This document shows, piece by piece, positions 21,647 to 30,275 of a stretch of 64,000 bases of DNA; within the stretch, counting starts at the first letter, position 1; the number at the start of each line of letters is the position of its first letter. The stretch covers positions 13,368 to 77,367 of the forward strand of contig WQZB01000008.1 in the NCBI GenBank assembly GCA_009780955.1. The letters are read 5' to 3'. The notes beneath the pieces were generated by a model that saw only the letters and a program-made list of their open reading frames with translations, did no database searches and had not been told where the DNA came from. The stretch comes from Polyangiaceae bacterium (lineage in GTDB: Bacteria > Myxococcota_A > Polyangia > Polyangiales > Polyangiaceae). The position numbers were made by a program, and so were the translations under genes.

Positions 21647-22819
21647 ATGCCTACTACGTACACCGATCTTATCGCCAGCGTTCGCCGCGAAATCAAAGAA
21701 ATCTCGCTCAAAGAACTCAAGCGAAGGCTCGACGCGAAAGAGCCTTATGTCTTGCTCGATGTCCGTGAAAAAGACGAATATCGCGCGGGCTTCATTCCCG
21801 GTGCCATCTCGATTCCGCGCGGCTTTCTAGAAATCCAGATCGAGGGGTGTATCCCCGATAAGTCGACCAAGATCATCACATTTTGCGCGGGTGGCGTACG
21901 CGCAGCACTCGCGGCGAAAGCGCTCGCCGAGCTTGGTTACACGAACGTTGAGGCAGCCAACCCTGGCTTCGTTCATTGGAAAGAGCTCGGCTACCCGTTC
22001 GAAATGCCCCCGCAGCTCACCGATGTGCAGCGCAATCGATATAGAAGGCATTTGCTCTTGCCCGAAATCGGCGAGGCCGGTCAATCAAAGCTTCTCAAAA
22101 GCAAAGTGTTGCTCATCGGCGTCGGCGGGCTCGGGTCCCCCATAAGCCTTTATCTTGCTGCCGCGGGCGTTGGAACGCTCGGCATCGTCGACGCCGACAC
22201 GGTCGATGCCTCGAACCTTCAGCGGCAGCTTTTGCACTCCACGAGTCGCATTGGTCAGCCAAAGGTCCAAAGCGCACAAAAAGTGCTTTCCGATCTGAAC
22301 CCCGACGTCAAAATTGTAGGGTACAACGATCGCATCACGGTCAAGAATGTCGACCAGATCGTCGCCGATTACGAAGTCATCGTGGATGGCACCGACAACT
22401 TCCAAACGCGTTATCTCATCAACGACGCGAGCGTTTTTCACGCAAAGCCCGTTGTTCATGGTTCGGTCTTCCGCTTCGATGGGCAGGTAACGACGTTCGT
22501 GCCCGAAAGCGCCGCGAAGAAACTCGGCATCGAGCCAGGCCCCTGCTACCGGTGCCTCTACCCCGAACCGCCGCCGCCAGCCCTCGCGCCAGGGGGCGGC
22601 AAAGAAGCGGGCTTGCTTGGCATTCTGCCTGGTGTCATCGGTGTGCTCGAAGCCACGGAAACCATCAAACTGCTACTCGGTCTCGGTGAGCTCTTGGTCG
22701 GCAGGCTTCTTACCTACGACAGCTTGCGCGCAAAGTTTCGCGAGCTCAAACTGCGTCGCGATCCAAACTGCTCGGTGTGCGGCCCAAACAAAACCATCAC
22801 GAGCTACGTCGACTATTAA
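21647..22819 (+). CDS. moeB: Rhodanese-MoeB/ThiF fusion (MoeZ-like adenylyltransferase)
   Basis: Rhodanese CAGGVR, then RYRRHLLLPEIG, GVGGLG, SNLQRQ, CYRC and CSVC zinc motifs; the usual active-loop Cys is absent. Confidence 0.9.
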   Translation: MPTTYTDLIASVRREIKEISLKELKRRLDAKEPYVLLDVREKDEYRAGFIPGAISIPRGFLEIQIEGCIPDKSTKIITFCAGGVRAALAAKALAELGYTNVEAANPGFVHWKELGYPFEMPPQLTDVQRNRYRRHLLLPEIGEAGQSKLLKSKVLLIGVGGLGSPISLYLAAAGVGTLGIVDADTVDASNLQRQLLHSTSRIGQPKVQSAQKVLSDLNPDVKIVGYNDRITVKNVDQIVADYEVIVDGTDNFQTRYLINDASVFHAKPVVHGSVFRFDGQVTTFVPESAAKKLGIEPGPCYRCLYPEPPPPALAPGGGKEAGLLGILPGVIGVLEATETIKLLLGLGELLVGRLLTYDSLRAKFRELKLRRDPNCSVCGPNKTITSYVDY

Positions 22820-22890
22820 AGGGCGCGATGAATCGCGCCCCTACGACCAACCAAACGCGTTCGTAGGGGCGTATGGCCATACGCCCCTAC
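22820..22890. repeat. REP cluster
   Basis: GGGCGCGATGAATCGCGCCCCTAC plus GTAGGGGCGTATGGCCATACGCCCCTAC between convergent genes. Confidence 0.9.
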
Positions 22891-24074
22891 TGGGGTCGAT
22901 GGTCCACGCGCGAAGGTTCGCTCGCAGGCTCGGTGACCGCAGCGTTCTCGACATCACCGCGTTCGTTGCGTTCGTTCGTTAGAGCTGGCAAAGGCCAGCT
23001 TTCGACGTAGCGCGGCGCCTCGCCAGGACCGCTCGCGTCAATCCACGTGACACGCCCCTTACCCGCATCGCGCACATCAACATGTACGAACGAGCTATTC
23101 GGATAGTAGCCGCAACCGGTATCGCTCAAGGTTTTGCAGAATGCAAATACGTCATTGTTTTGTATACCCTCGAGGCGGAAGTCAATCGCCCGCCCGCTTG
23201 CGTGCATACTTCCCACGGACGTCGGTCGGAAGCCTGAAATAATATTAAGTTTTGCAGGCCTTTCGAGCGTCGTGAAATGATCGACAATCGACTGCAGACG
23301 AAGCACGAGGCGCGGGTCGACGCGACGAATGCCAGGCGCGAGCTGCGAGCCTTTCTTCCTGGCGAGTTCGGCGGCACTCGCCGTTGGGCGTGCGGCGCTG
23401 CCGGGGCGTATGAGCACGGAAACGCGCTCGACGGCAAGCGGCGCCACCGCGCCCGCACAAGTTGCAAGCTCGAAGGTGTCGATCTCCGGACCGCGAATCA
23501 TCTCGACCGGATCTTTCATGCATGCCGGCTCATGTGAATTACGCGAATCGAGCTTCGGCGCACCCTTGTCGTTCTTTGCGTCGAGAAGCACGCGGGCTAT
23601 CTCGACAGGATGGCCGGTGATGCGCGCGACGAGATCGGCGAAGTCCTCGTCGCGCTCGATTCTGCCATCGTCGATGTCTGACTTTTTTGAAGCGGCAGGC
23701 TTGCGCGCTCCCTTCTCGCTATGGCTCTTGCTTGCACTTGCTTTGCTGGCGTTTGAGTCCACCAACCGTGTGGAAATGGCGGGCTTTTCTACTCTCACCG
23801 CCTTGGTTGCAAGGGCGGTGCGAGTGAGCGCGCAATCGGGGTTCGGCTCGGCGTGGCCCACACCGCCGACTTGCACACCATGTGCATGATGCACGGGCTT
23901 GTCTTTCGTCACATGATGCACGCGGGAAAGAGCCTGCTTGTTGTGCTTGTCGTCCTTCTTGCTCTTGACGACCTTGGCAACGGCCGGCTTGTGTGAAGAC
24001 GTTTCGTCTGCCATCGCGGTCAGGGGTGCCATGGCGATCGCGAATGCAACGATCGAAGAAACGACGGGCTTCAT
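22887..24074 (-). CDS. Exported YcbK/DUF882-like M15 (LAS-type) Zn peptidase with long basic linker
   Basis: Signal peptide; IISGFR, SMHASGRAIDF, GYYPNSSFVHVDVR (H, D, HxD ligands). Confidence 0.85.
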   Translation of the reverse strand: MKPVVSSIVAFAIAMAPLTAMADETSSHKPAVAKVVKSKKDDKHNKQALSRVHHVTKDKPVHHAHGVQVGGVGHAEPNPDCALTRTALATKAVRVEKPAISTRLVDSNASKASASKSHSEKGARKPAASKKSDIDDGRIERDEDFADLVARITGHPVEIARVLLDAKNDKGAPKLDSRNSHEPACMKDPVEMIRGPEIDTFELATCAGAVAPLAVERVSVLIRPGSAARPTASAAELARKKGSQLAPGIRRVDPRLVLRLQSIVDHFTTLERPAKLNIISGFRPTSVGSMHASGRAIDFRLEGIQNNDVFAFCKTLSDTGCGYYPNSSFVHVDVRDAGKGRVTWIDASGPGEAPRYVESWPLPALTNERNERGDVENAAVTEPASEPSRVDHRPQ

Positions 24075-24178
24075 CAGTCCTCCTCGTCCGGGGAAAGTCC
24101 CGGCGCGTGAAGGGCAAAGTCCTACATTGTGCGACATTGGCCAACTTTGTAGCGTTTCTTTTTTTCAGAAGCCCCTAA

Positions 24179-24302
24179 GACCGCTTTCAAGTTGACGCGA
24201 GTTCAAGGCGGCCGGCGAGGAGCGGACCGGAACAGCCTGCTTTGGCTTTGAGGACCGCACCGGAGCCGCCAACGACGAAATCGCGTCAAATCGAAAGCGG
24301 TC
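24179..24302 (+). mobile_element. Structured mini-element (MITE-like), type-A termini
   Basis: GACCGCTTTCAAGTTGACGCGA...TCGCGTCAAATCGAAAGCGGTC imperfect TIRs, flanked by TAA/TAG; nearly identical to 32119-32241. Confidence 0.85.
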
Positions 24303-24316
24303 TAGAAGGCTCTTCC

Positions 24317-24745
24317 ATGACACCATCTGAATTCAACTCCCGCTTCCAACGTCTTGTTGCCGAGCATGCGGGCAAAAACGGCGACGACCACGGCAACGTA
24401 GGCTGCCTTGCGTGCGAGCGCTGCGAGCGCTGCACCGACTCGACTTTTCTCCGCGACTGCCAGAGCGTTACTCGCTCGCATTACTGCGAAGAGTGCACCG
24501 ATTGTTCAGGGTGTTCGCACTTGGCATCATGTTCTTCTTGCGTGGCATGCTCGCACTGCGAGCGCTGCGAGCGCTGCACACACAGCGCGTACCTCGTTCG
24601 CTCCATCGCCATGAGCGGGTGTACCTACTGCTTTGGATGTGTGGGCCTCTCGCAGAAAGACTTTCACATCCTGAATGAGCCCTACGACCGAAAGGTGTAC
24701 TTTACAAAAGTCGACGAACTCCGCCGCGTACTTGGATCCTCCTAA
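24317..24745 (+). CDS. Cys-rich repeat protein (period-3 Cys)
   Basis: 18 Cys, mostly as CxxCxxC runs, C-terminal FGCVGL...HILN; TAATG coupling to dtd. Confidence 0.8.
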   Translation: MTPSEFNSRFQRLVAEHAGKNGDDHGNVGCLACERCERCTDSTFLRDCQSVTRSHYCEECTDCSGCSHLASCSSCVACSHCERCERCTHSAYLVRSIAMSGCTYCFGCVGLSQKDFHILNEPYDRKVYFTKVDELRRVLGSS

Positions 24746-25251
24746 TGCGTGCAGTCATTCAGCGAGTGGCCTGGGCAAAAGTCGAAGTCGATGGCGAAGT
24801 CGTAGGCGCTATCGATCGCGGACTTCTCGTCTACCTGGGTGCAGGCTTGGGAGACAACGCCGAGGCACGCGCCTACGTGCTTTCGAAGATCATCGGGCTT
24901 CGCATTTTCGATAACGAAAATGGCAAAATGGACAAAAGCGTCGTTGACATTGCAGGAGCTTTGCTCGTGGTGAGCCAGTTTACGCTTTACGGTGACGTGC
25001 GCCGCGGGCGGCGACCAAGCTTCGATTCTGCCATGCCACCCGAACAAGCCGAAGAGGCTTACAATGCATTCGTCGTTGCGGCGCGCGCGCACGGCATTCG
25101 TGTAGAAACCGGGAAATTCCGGGCAAGCATGAAAGTTATGAGCCTCAACGATGGCCCGGTAACGATCTGGATTGACAGCGGGCACGCCACAACCGGTGGC
25201 GCCGCTCAGCAATTCGCGGGACTCCGCCGGTCCAAACGGCCGCTGATATGA
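24745..25251 (+). CDS. dtd: D-aminoacyl-tRNA deacylase
   Basis: MRAVIQRV, LRIF, VSQFTL, GRRPSF, NDGPVT. Confidence 0.96.
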   Translation: MRAVIQRVAWAKVEVDGEVVGAIDRGLLVYLGAGLGDNAEARAYVLSKIIGLRIFDNENGKMDKSVVDIAGALLVVSQFTLYGDVRRGRRPSFDSAMPPEQAEEAYNAFVVAARAHGIRVETGKFRASMKVMSLNDGPVTIWIDSGHATTGGAAQQFAGLRRSKRPLI

Positions 25252-25997
25252 AGATACGCTAAAGTTACCGCGAGCTGTATCAGCGGCAGTGCGATCAACA
25301 TTCCGACGCCGAACGGCAAGATACCCGCGGCACCGATGAGCCCAGAGAGCAGCGCCAGCGCCAAAAGATTGACGAAGTTGTCCTTGGCGGCTCGAAAGCT
25401 TGCCACGATCGCTTTGATTGGTCCCATGTTTTGATCAACGATGAAATAGGGTGCAAACGACAGAATGAACCCCGCAATGAGGCCAGGCACAATGAGAAGG
25501 AGGGTGCCTTTCCACATGATGAGCATCATGATGGGCATTATCAGGATGTAAAAGCCGAACATCTTGAAAACCCAGCGGCGACCGGAAAACAAATCGTAAA
25601 GGTAAAGGCGTGGTGAATCGCGGCGCGCAATCTTCAAGTACATCGCGATGAGCCCACAATGAAAAAACGCAGCAACTAGATACATAAAGAAAGAAAAACC
25701 AAAGATGAAAAGATTCCCAATAGAAAAAAAAGAACCCTGATGCCACTCGTTCGTCAAAGCATCCAAAAAAAAATCGGATGGGCCCATGACGGCATTCACC
25801 GGCATGATAACCGTCGGGCTCACAATAAAGAGCGAGACAACCAAGGTTCCCCAGCGAACTTTGAAAAGCTCCCACGCTTGCCGAATCAGCTGGGTTGGCG
25901 TCCACCCGCCTGGTATTCGAGGCACAGCAGGCGGCTCCACGAACGGGGTCGGAGGCGCAGCAGGCGGTGCAGATGGGGAGTTGTGCAGATTCATCAT
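25206..25997 (-). CDS. Integral membrane protein (DUF975-like), diverged tandem copy
   Basis: Paralogue of 26164-27129 (WTPTQ..QAWE.FKV, FIVDQNMGPI.A..ASFRA); AT-richer middle. Confidence 0.8.
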   Translation of the reverse strand: MMNLHNSPSAPPAAPPTPFVEPPAVPRIPGGWTPTQLIRQAWELFKVRWGTLVVSLFIVSPTVIMPVNAVMGPSDFFLDALTNEWHQGSFFSIGNLFIFGFSFFMYLVAAFFHCGLIAMYLKIARRDSPRLYLYDLFSGRRWVFKMFGFYILIMPIMMLIMWKGTLLLIVPGLIAGFILSFAPYFIVDQNMGPIKAIVASFRAAKDNFVNLLALALLSGLIGAAGILPFGVGMLIALPLIQLAVTLAYLHISGRLDRRSPANC

Positions 25998-26100
25998 CTC
26001 CTTGACGAATCAATACGCGCTTTTATTGATCTCTCGTGTGAGGCATGTTGTCACACTTGCGGCGGTGTACCAGCGCGAAGGCTTGATTGAGCTGCCTTTC

Positions 26101-26153
26101 GAGGGATTTACCAGCCGTCACACGATTGAGTTTAACGGCCGGTAAACATGCTC
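26101..26153 (+). mobile_element. Internally deleted mini-element with type-D termini
   Basis: GAGGGATTTACCAGCCGT...ACGGCCGGTAAACATGCTC resembles the TIRs of 35148-35291 (GAGGATGTTTACCAGCC / GGCTGGTAAACATCCTC). Confidence 0.65.
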
Positions 26154-26163
26154 TTATTCGCTT

Positions 26164-27129
26164 TTATCGCCCGCCAGTAGGACCATAGCCGCCACCAGCG
26201 GGGCCGCCATAACCACCGCCATAGCCACCAGCAGGAGGGCCACCATAAGGACCAGGCGGGACATAGCCACCAGCGGGGGGGCCGCCATAGCCACCAGGTG
26301 GACCGGGTGGAGGACCACCGTAAGGACCAGGCGGGGCATAGCCACCACCGGGGGGACCGCCGAAACCGGGAGTGCTGCCCGGGCCCATGCGGCCGCTAAT
26401 ATACAGATAGGCTAACGATGCCGCGATATACACGACCGACATTGAGACAAACATCCCGACGCCACACGCCAAGACACCCGCGAGGTTGATGAGCCAAGAG
26501 AGCAGCGCCAGCACCAGAAGATTGCCAACATTGGCCGAGGTGGCTCGAAAGCTTGCCCCCATCGCTTGAATCGGCCCCATGTTTTGATCAACGATAAAAT
26601 AGGGCGTGAAAAATAACAGGAACGCCGCAATGAGGCCAGGCACGACGAAAAGGATGGAGCCTAGCCACACGATGAGCATGGTCAGGATTTGAGCGCCGAG
26701 CATCCTAAAAAGCCAGCGGCCACCGGAAAACAGATCGCCAATGCTTGGTGAATCGCCGCGCGCCACCTTCACGCACATCGCGATGAACCCACCCTGAAAG
26801 AACACGAAGCATAGAAAGGCAAAGAAATACGCACCAAAGAGGATAGGGATCGAAGCAGCAGGAAGATCGTGCTGGCCCCTCTGGGGGGTCAAAACACCCA
26901 ACATGCTAATTGGGACCATGATGGCACTCTGCAGCAAGATAACGATCAAGCCTGCAATGAGGACCGAGCCAATCAAGACTCCCCAGTAGACTTTGAACCG
27001 CTCCCACGCTTGCTCGAGCACTTGGGTTGGCGTCCACGCGCCCGGTGACCATGGCCCGCCGGCAGGCGGCCCTGCGAACGGGGTTTGAGGCGCAGCAGGC
27101 GGTGCGTAAGGATTGTTCAGATTCATCAT
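26164..27129 (-). CDS. Integral membrane protein (DUF975-like) with Gly/Pro/Tyr repeat tail
   Basis: Multiple TMs; C-terminal GGPPGGGY / PPGPYGGPP repeats. Confidence 0.85.
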   Translation of the reverse strand: MMNLNNPYAPPAAPQTPFAGPPAGGPWSPGAWTPTQVLEQAWERFKVYWGVLIGSVLIAGLIVILLQSAIMVPISMLGVLTPQRGQHDLPAASIPILFGAYFFAFLCFVFFQGGFIAMCVKVARGDSPSIGDLFSGGRWLFRMLGAQILTMLIVWLGSILFVVPGLIAAFLLFFTPYFIVDQNMGPIQAMGASFRATSANVGNLLVLALLSWLINLAGVLACGVGMFVSMSVVYIAASLAYLYISGRMGPGSTPGFGGPPGGGYAPPGPYGGPPPGPPGGYGGPPAGGYVPPGPYGGPPAGGYGGGYGGPAGGGYGPTGGR

Positions 27130-27187
27130 CTCCTCGATAGATCGATGCGCGCTTCCAATGAGCTACTCGAATTGTATCTTGCCACGC

Positions 27188-28246
27188 TTATGACTGCTTG
27201 CCAGCGCGAACCAAACGCGCGGCAAGGCGCATGGCTTGTAGCATTCCACGCGGATCGGCCGTTCCCTTTCCTGCGCGATCGTATGCGGTGCCGTGGTCAA
27301 CGCTCGTTCGTACAATGGGCAAACCGAGCGACACATTGACGGCCTCACCAAAGCTGAGAAGCTTCATCGGGATGGTCGCTTGATCGTGGTACATCGCAAC
27401 CACTGCGTTGTACACGCCGCTCGCGCCGAGCCGAAATGCGCTCTCGGCGGCCACGGGTCCGCGTATCACGACGTCGATGCTCGCTCGTGCAAGACGCTTT
27501 CGCGCCAGCACGATGCCACTGCCAATGGCGGCAGTCTCTTCGCAACCGATTAGACCGTGTTCCCCTGCATGCGGGTTTAGCGCCGCAACGGCAACCACGG
27601 GCCTTGTGCCGGGTGCTACCAGTCGGCGAATCAACCACGCGGTCCAGTACGTTGCACACGCCACGCCTTCTTTGGTGATTGCCTTTGGCACGGCCGACAA
27701 CGGCAAATGCGTCGTGACGAGCGACGTTGTGAGCGCCTCGGACCAGAAGGCCATGACGACCTCTTTTGCGCCAAGGCGCGCAGCAAGGTACTCGGTGTGT
27801 CCAAGAAACCCGCGCGCGCCAGGAGCACCAGAGCGAGAAATGGCGTCTTTGCTGACCGGTCCGGTGACAAGGGCGTCGGCATGCTCTCCTGCCACCAGAT
27901 CGGTTGCAACGTCAATGTACTCGAGCTGCGCGCGACCTGCTCGGCGTGAGGGCGCGCCTGGCATTCGGTCGCGCGCCGCGAGAGCCGCACCAGGTTCGAG
28001 CACGGGGATCATGCATGATGCAAGCGTAAAGGCCTTGGGTGCATGGGGCACTTTGACCAGACGCGCGCGATCGACGCCAACGATGCCTGCAGCCGCGCGG
28101 AGCGCACCGAGATCGCCAACGAGCAGCACACGCACATGGTCGCGCGCGCGATCCAAAAGCCGCGCGGCAGCGGCGACGCTCACCTCCGGTCCAATTCCCG
28201 AAGGGCAACCCATGCTGACCGCGAGGCGCACTTCGGAGCGTTTCAT
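27188..28246 (-). CDS. pdxA: 4-hydroxythreonine-4-phosphate dehydrogenase
   Basis: SMGCPSGIGPE, TGPVSK, GHTEYL, ALNPHAGE, AMYHDQ, RTSVDHGTA. Confidence 0.95.
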   Translation of the reverse strand: MKRSEVRLAVSMGCPSGIGPEVSVAAAARLLDRARDHVRVLLVGDLGALRAAAGIVGVDRARLVKVPHAPKAFTLASCMIPVLEPGAALAARDRMPGAPSRRAGRAQLEYIDVATDLVAGEHADALVTGPVSKDAISRSGAPGARGFLGHTEYLAARLGAKEVVMAFWSEALTTSLVTTHLPLSAVPKAITKEGVACATYWTAWLIRRLVAPGTRPVVAVAALNPHAGEHGLIGCEETAAIGSGIVLARKRLARASIDVVIRGPVAAESAFRLGASGVYNAVVAMYHDQATIPMKLLSFGEAVNVSLGLPIVRTSVDHGTAYDRAGKGTADPRGMLQAMRLAARLVRAGKQS

Positions 28247-28262
28247 GGCGCGCACTTGTTCA

Positions 28263-29708
28263 CTACGCTTTCGTTCCGCCAACCGTAATCGAGTCAATCT
28301 TGATGGTTGGGCAGCCCACACCTACGGGCACGCTTTGACCGTCTTTCCCGCAGGTCCAAATGCCGTCGGACACTTCCACATCATGGCCGAGCATCGTGAC
28401 TTTACGAAGAACGTCGGGGCCGTTACCAATAAGGTTTACGCCTTTGAGCGGATAGGTAATCTTGCCATCTTCAACAAGATAGCTTTCCGTAAGTGAGAAA
28501 ACGAAATCGCCATTCGAAATGTCGACTTGCCCGCCACCGAACTTCACAGCAAAAATCCCTTTTTTGACGCTTTCGAGAATTTCGGCTGGATCGTGGGGGC
28601 CCGCGACGAGAATCGTGTTCGTCATCCGCGGCATGGGTGCGCATGCGAAGCTCTCGCGCCGGCCGTTGCCGCTCGGCTCGCACGCGTAGTGGCGCGCGCT
28701 CAGCCGATCATGCATGTATTTTACAAGTTTTCCGTTTTCGATGAGGATGCTCGAACGTGGCTCGTTGCCTTCGTCGTCCACGTTGAGCGATCCGCGTGCC
28801 TGAAGAAGCGTTGCGTCGTCGATCACGGTGCACAGCTCGCTCGCAACCATGTGACCCAACTGCCCGGTGTAGTGGCTCGTGCCCTTGCGGTTGAAATCGG
28901 CCTCGAGCCCGTGGCCAACAGCCTCGTGCAAAAGAATGCCGCTGTCGCCGGGCGCGAGCACGACTTGCATCGGACCTGCGGGCGCTTCGCGCGCATCAAG
29001 CATGAGAATCGCTTGCGCGGCGGCACGAGCGGCGTGCCACTCGGGCGACTTGCCGTCAAAGTAGCCTAGTGTCGTTCGTCCTCCACCGCCCGAGCTGCCT
29101 TCCTGGCGCTTGCCACCATGCTCGGCAATGACTCGCACGCCAAAGCGCATGAGCGGCTGCACATCACGCGCGAGTTTTCCGTCGCTGGTAACAATGAGGA
29201 TCTCGCGGATTTCCTCGGCGAACGAGCACTCGACTTTCACGACACGCGGATCGTGCGCGTGGGCAGCGGCCGCTGCGCGCTCGAGAATTGTCCGTTTCTC
29301 GGTGCCTGGCACGTCGAGCGTCACCGCACCAAGTTCGTAGCGGCTCGGCAACGTGCGAACGGAAATGTGCTGCGGGCAAGAGCTCACGCCACCCGATGCA
29401 ATCGATGCGGCGGTGTGAGCCGCGCGGACCATGGCATTCCAATCGAGTCTTTCGGTGTACGCGTAACCCGTTTGGTCGCTTTTCTGGGCACGAACACCAA
29501 GCCCCATCGAAACGCCGCGCGAGGCGCTTTTCAGGATCCGTTCGTCGTAGACCAAACTGCCGGCCGCCCGATACTCGAAAAAGAGATCGGCGTAGTCTGC
29601 ACCTTTCGACAGCGCGACGGTAAGAAGCTTGCCGGAAAGCTCACGATCGATTTCGCTTGCCCCACCGGGACCGAATGGCGCCTTGTACAGCGCAGACTGA
29701 GTCGGCAT
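28263..29708 (-). CDS. tldD: Metalloprotease TldD
   Basis: GILLHEAVGHGLEAD, NVDDEG, GNGRRES, PMPRMTNT, CGKDGQSVPVGVGCPT. Confidence 0.95.
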   Translation of the reverse strand: MPTQSALYKAPFGPGGASEIDRELSGKLLTVALSKGADYADLFFEYRAAGSLVYDERILKSASRGVSMGLGVRAQKSDQTGYAYTERLDWNAMVRAAHTAASIASGGVSSCPQHISVRTLPSRYELGAVTLDVPGTEKRTILERAAAAAHAHDPRVVKVECSFAEEIREILIVTSDGKLARDVQPLMRFGVRVIAEHGGKRQEGSSGGGGRTTLGYFDGKSPEWHAARAAAQAILMLDAREAPAGPMQVVLAPGDSGILLHEAVGHGLEADFNRKGTSHYTGQLGHMVASELCTVIDDATLLQARGSLNVDDEGNEPRSSILIENGKLVKYMHDRLSARHYACEPSGNGRRESFACAPMPRMTNTILVAGPHDPAEILESVKKGIFAVKFGGGQVDISNGDFVFSLTESYLVEDGKITYPLKGVNLIGNGPDVLRKVTMLGHDVEVSDGIWTCGKDGQSVPVGVGCPTIKIDSITVGGTKA

Positions 29709-29734
29709 GAAAGTGCACTGTAGCAAGGTATTGT

Positions 29735-29910
29735 TTAGCACTACTGCCGGAATTGCCCGGCAGTAGTGCTAACGAAGTCGCGGGAGCGACTTCGCGGAGG
29801 GGTGAATTGCCCGCAAAGCGGGCAAAAGGGGGCTCCGCGCCCCCTCGAGACAAGTCTAACATGACTGCTTTCCGCGAAGCGGAAACGCGGCCAGCGCGGG
29901 ACGAAGTCCC
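29735..29910. other. Cluster of six consecutive perfect hairpins
   Basis: Stems at 29735-772 (16 bp), 29773-794 (9 bp), 29807-825 (8 bp), 29827-845 (7 bp), 29869-885 (7 bp), 29898-910 (5 bp). Confidence 0.8.
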
Positions 29911-29970
29911 GGCACAGTAATGTTAGGTGGTTCTGGAGAGTTTGCTAAAGGTAAAAAAGAAATAGGACGC

Positions 29971-30261
29971 ATGAAACCTATGCGAAAGCACACGGCGGAA
30001 TTTAAAGCAAAAGTAGCTTTGGCAGCCTTGCGTGAAAACATAAACCTGCCAGACCTAGCGAAGCAGTTCGAGGTTCATCCAAACCTTATCTACAAGTGGA
30101 AGCGCCAGCTCGTCGACAACGCGGCCCGCTTGTTTTCGGCGGTACCACAACCAGTCATCACGATTGACACCAGCAGCAGCGAGCGCGAAGAGCTGCTGCT
30201 CAAGAAGATCGGTGAGCTCATCGTGGAACGCGATTTCCGGTCCGCAAAGCGCCCTCGCTGA
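29971..30261 (+). pseudogene. IS3-family transposase OrfA (HTH) with no OrfB
   Basis: [47 protein letters not shown]; moaB follows directly and no DDE ORF is present. Confidence 0.82.
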
Positions 30262-30275
30262 CGCAACCCTGGCAA

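Noticed and set aside
24176-24305. Defined target-site duplication for type-A elements
   Set aside because: Flanks are inconsistent between copies (TAA/TAG, GGA/TAA, none at 8931 or 59936), so no TSD or IS family is claimed.
26164-26400. Tandem DNA repeats (CATAGCCACC..., GGACCACC...)
   Set aside because: They encode the Gly/Pro/Tyr tail of the membrane protein.
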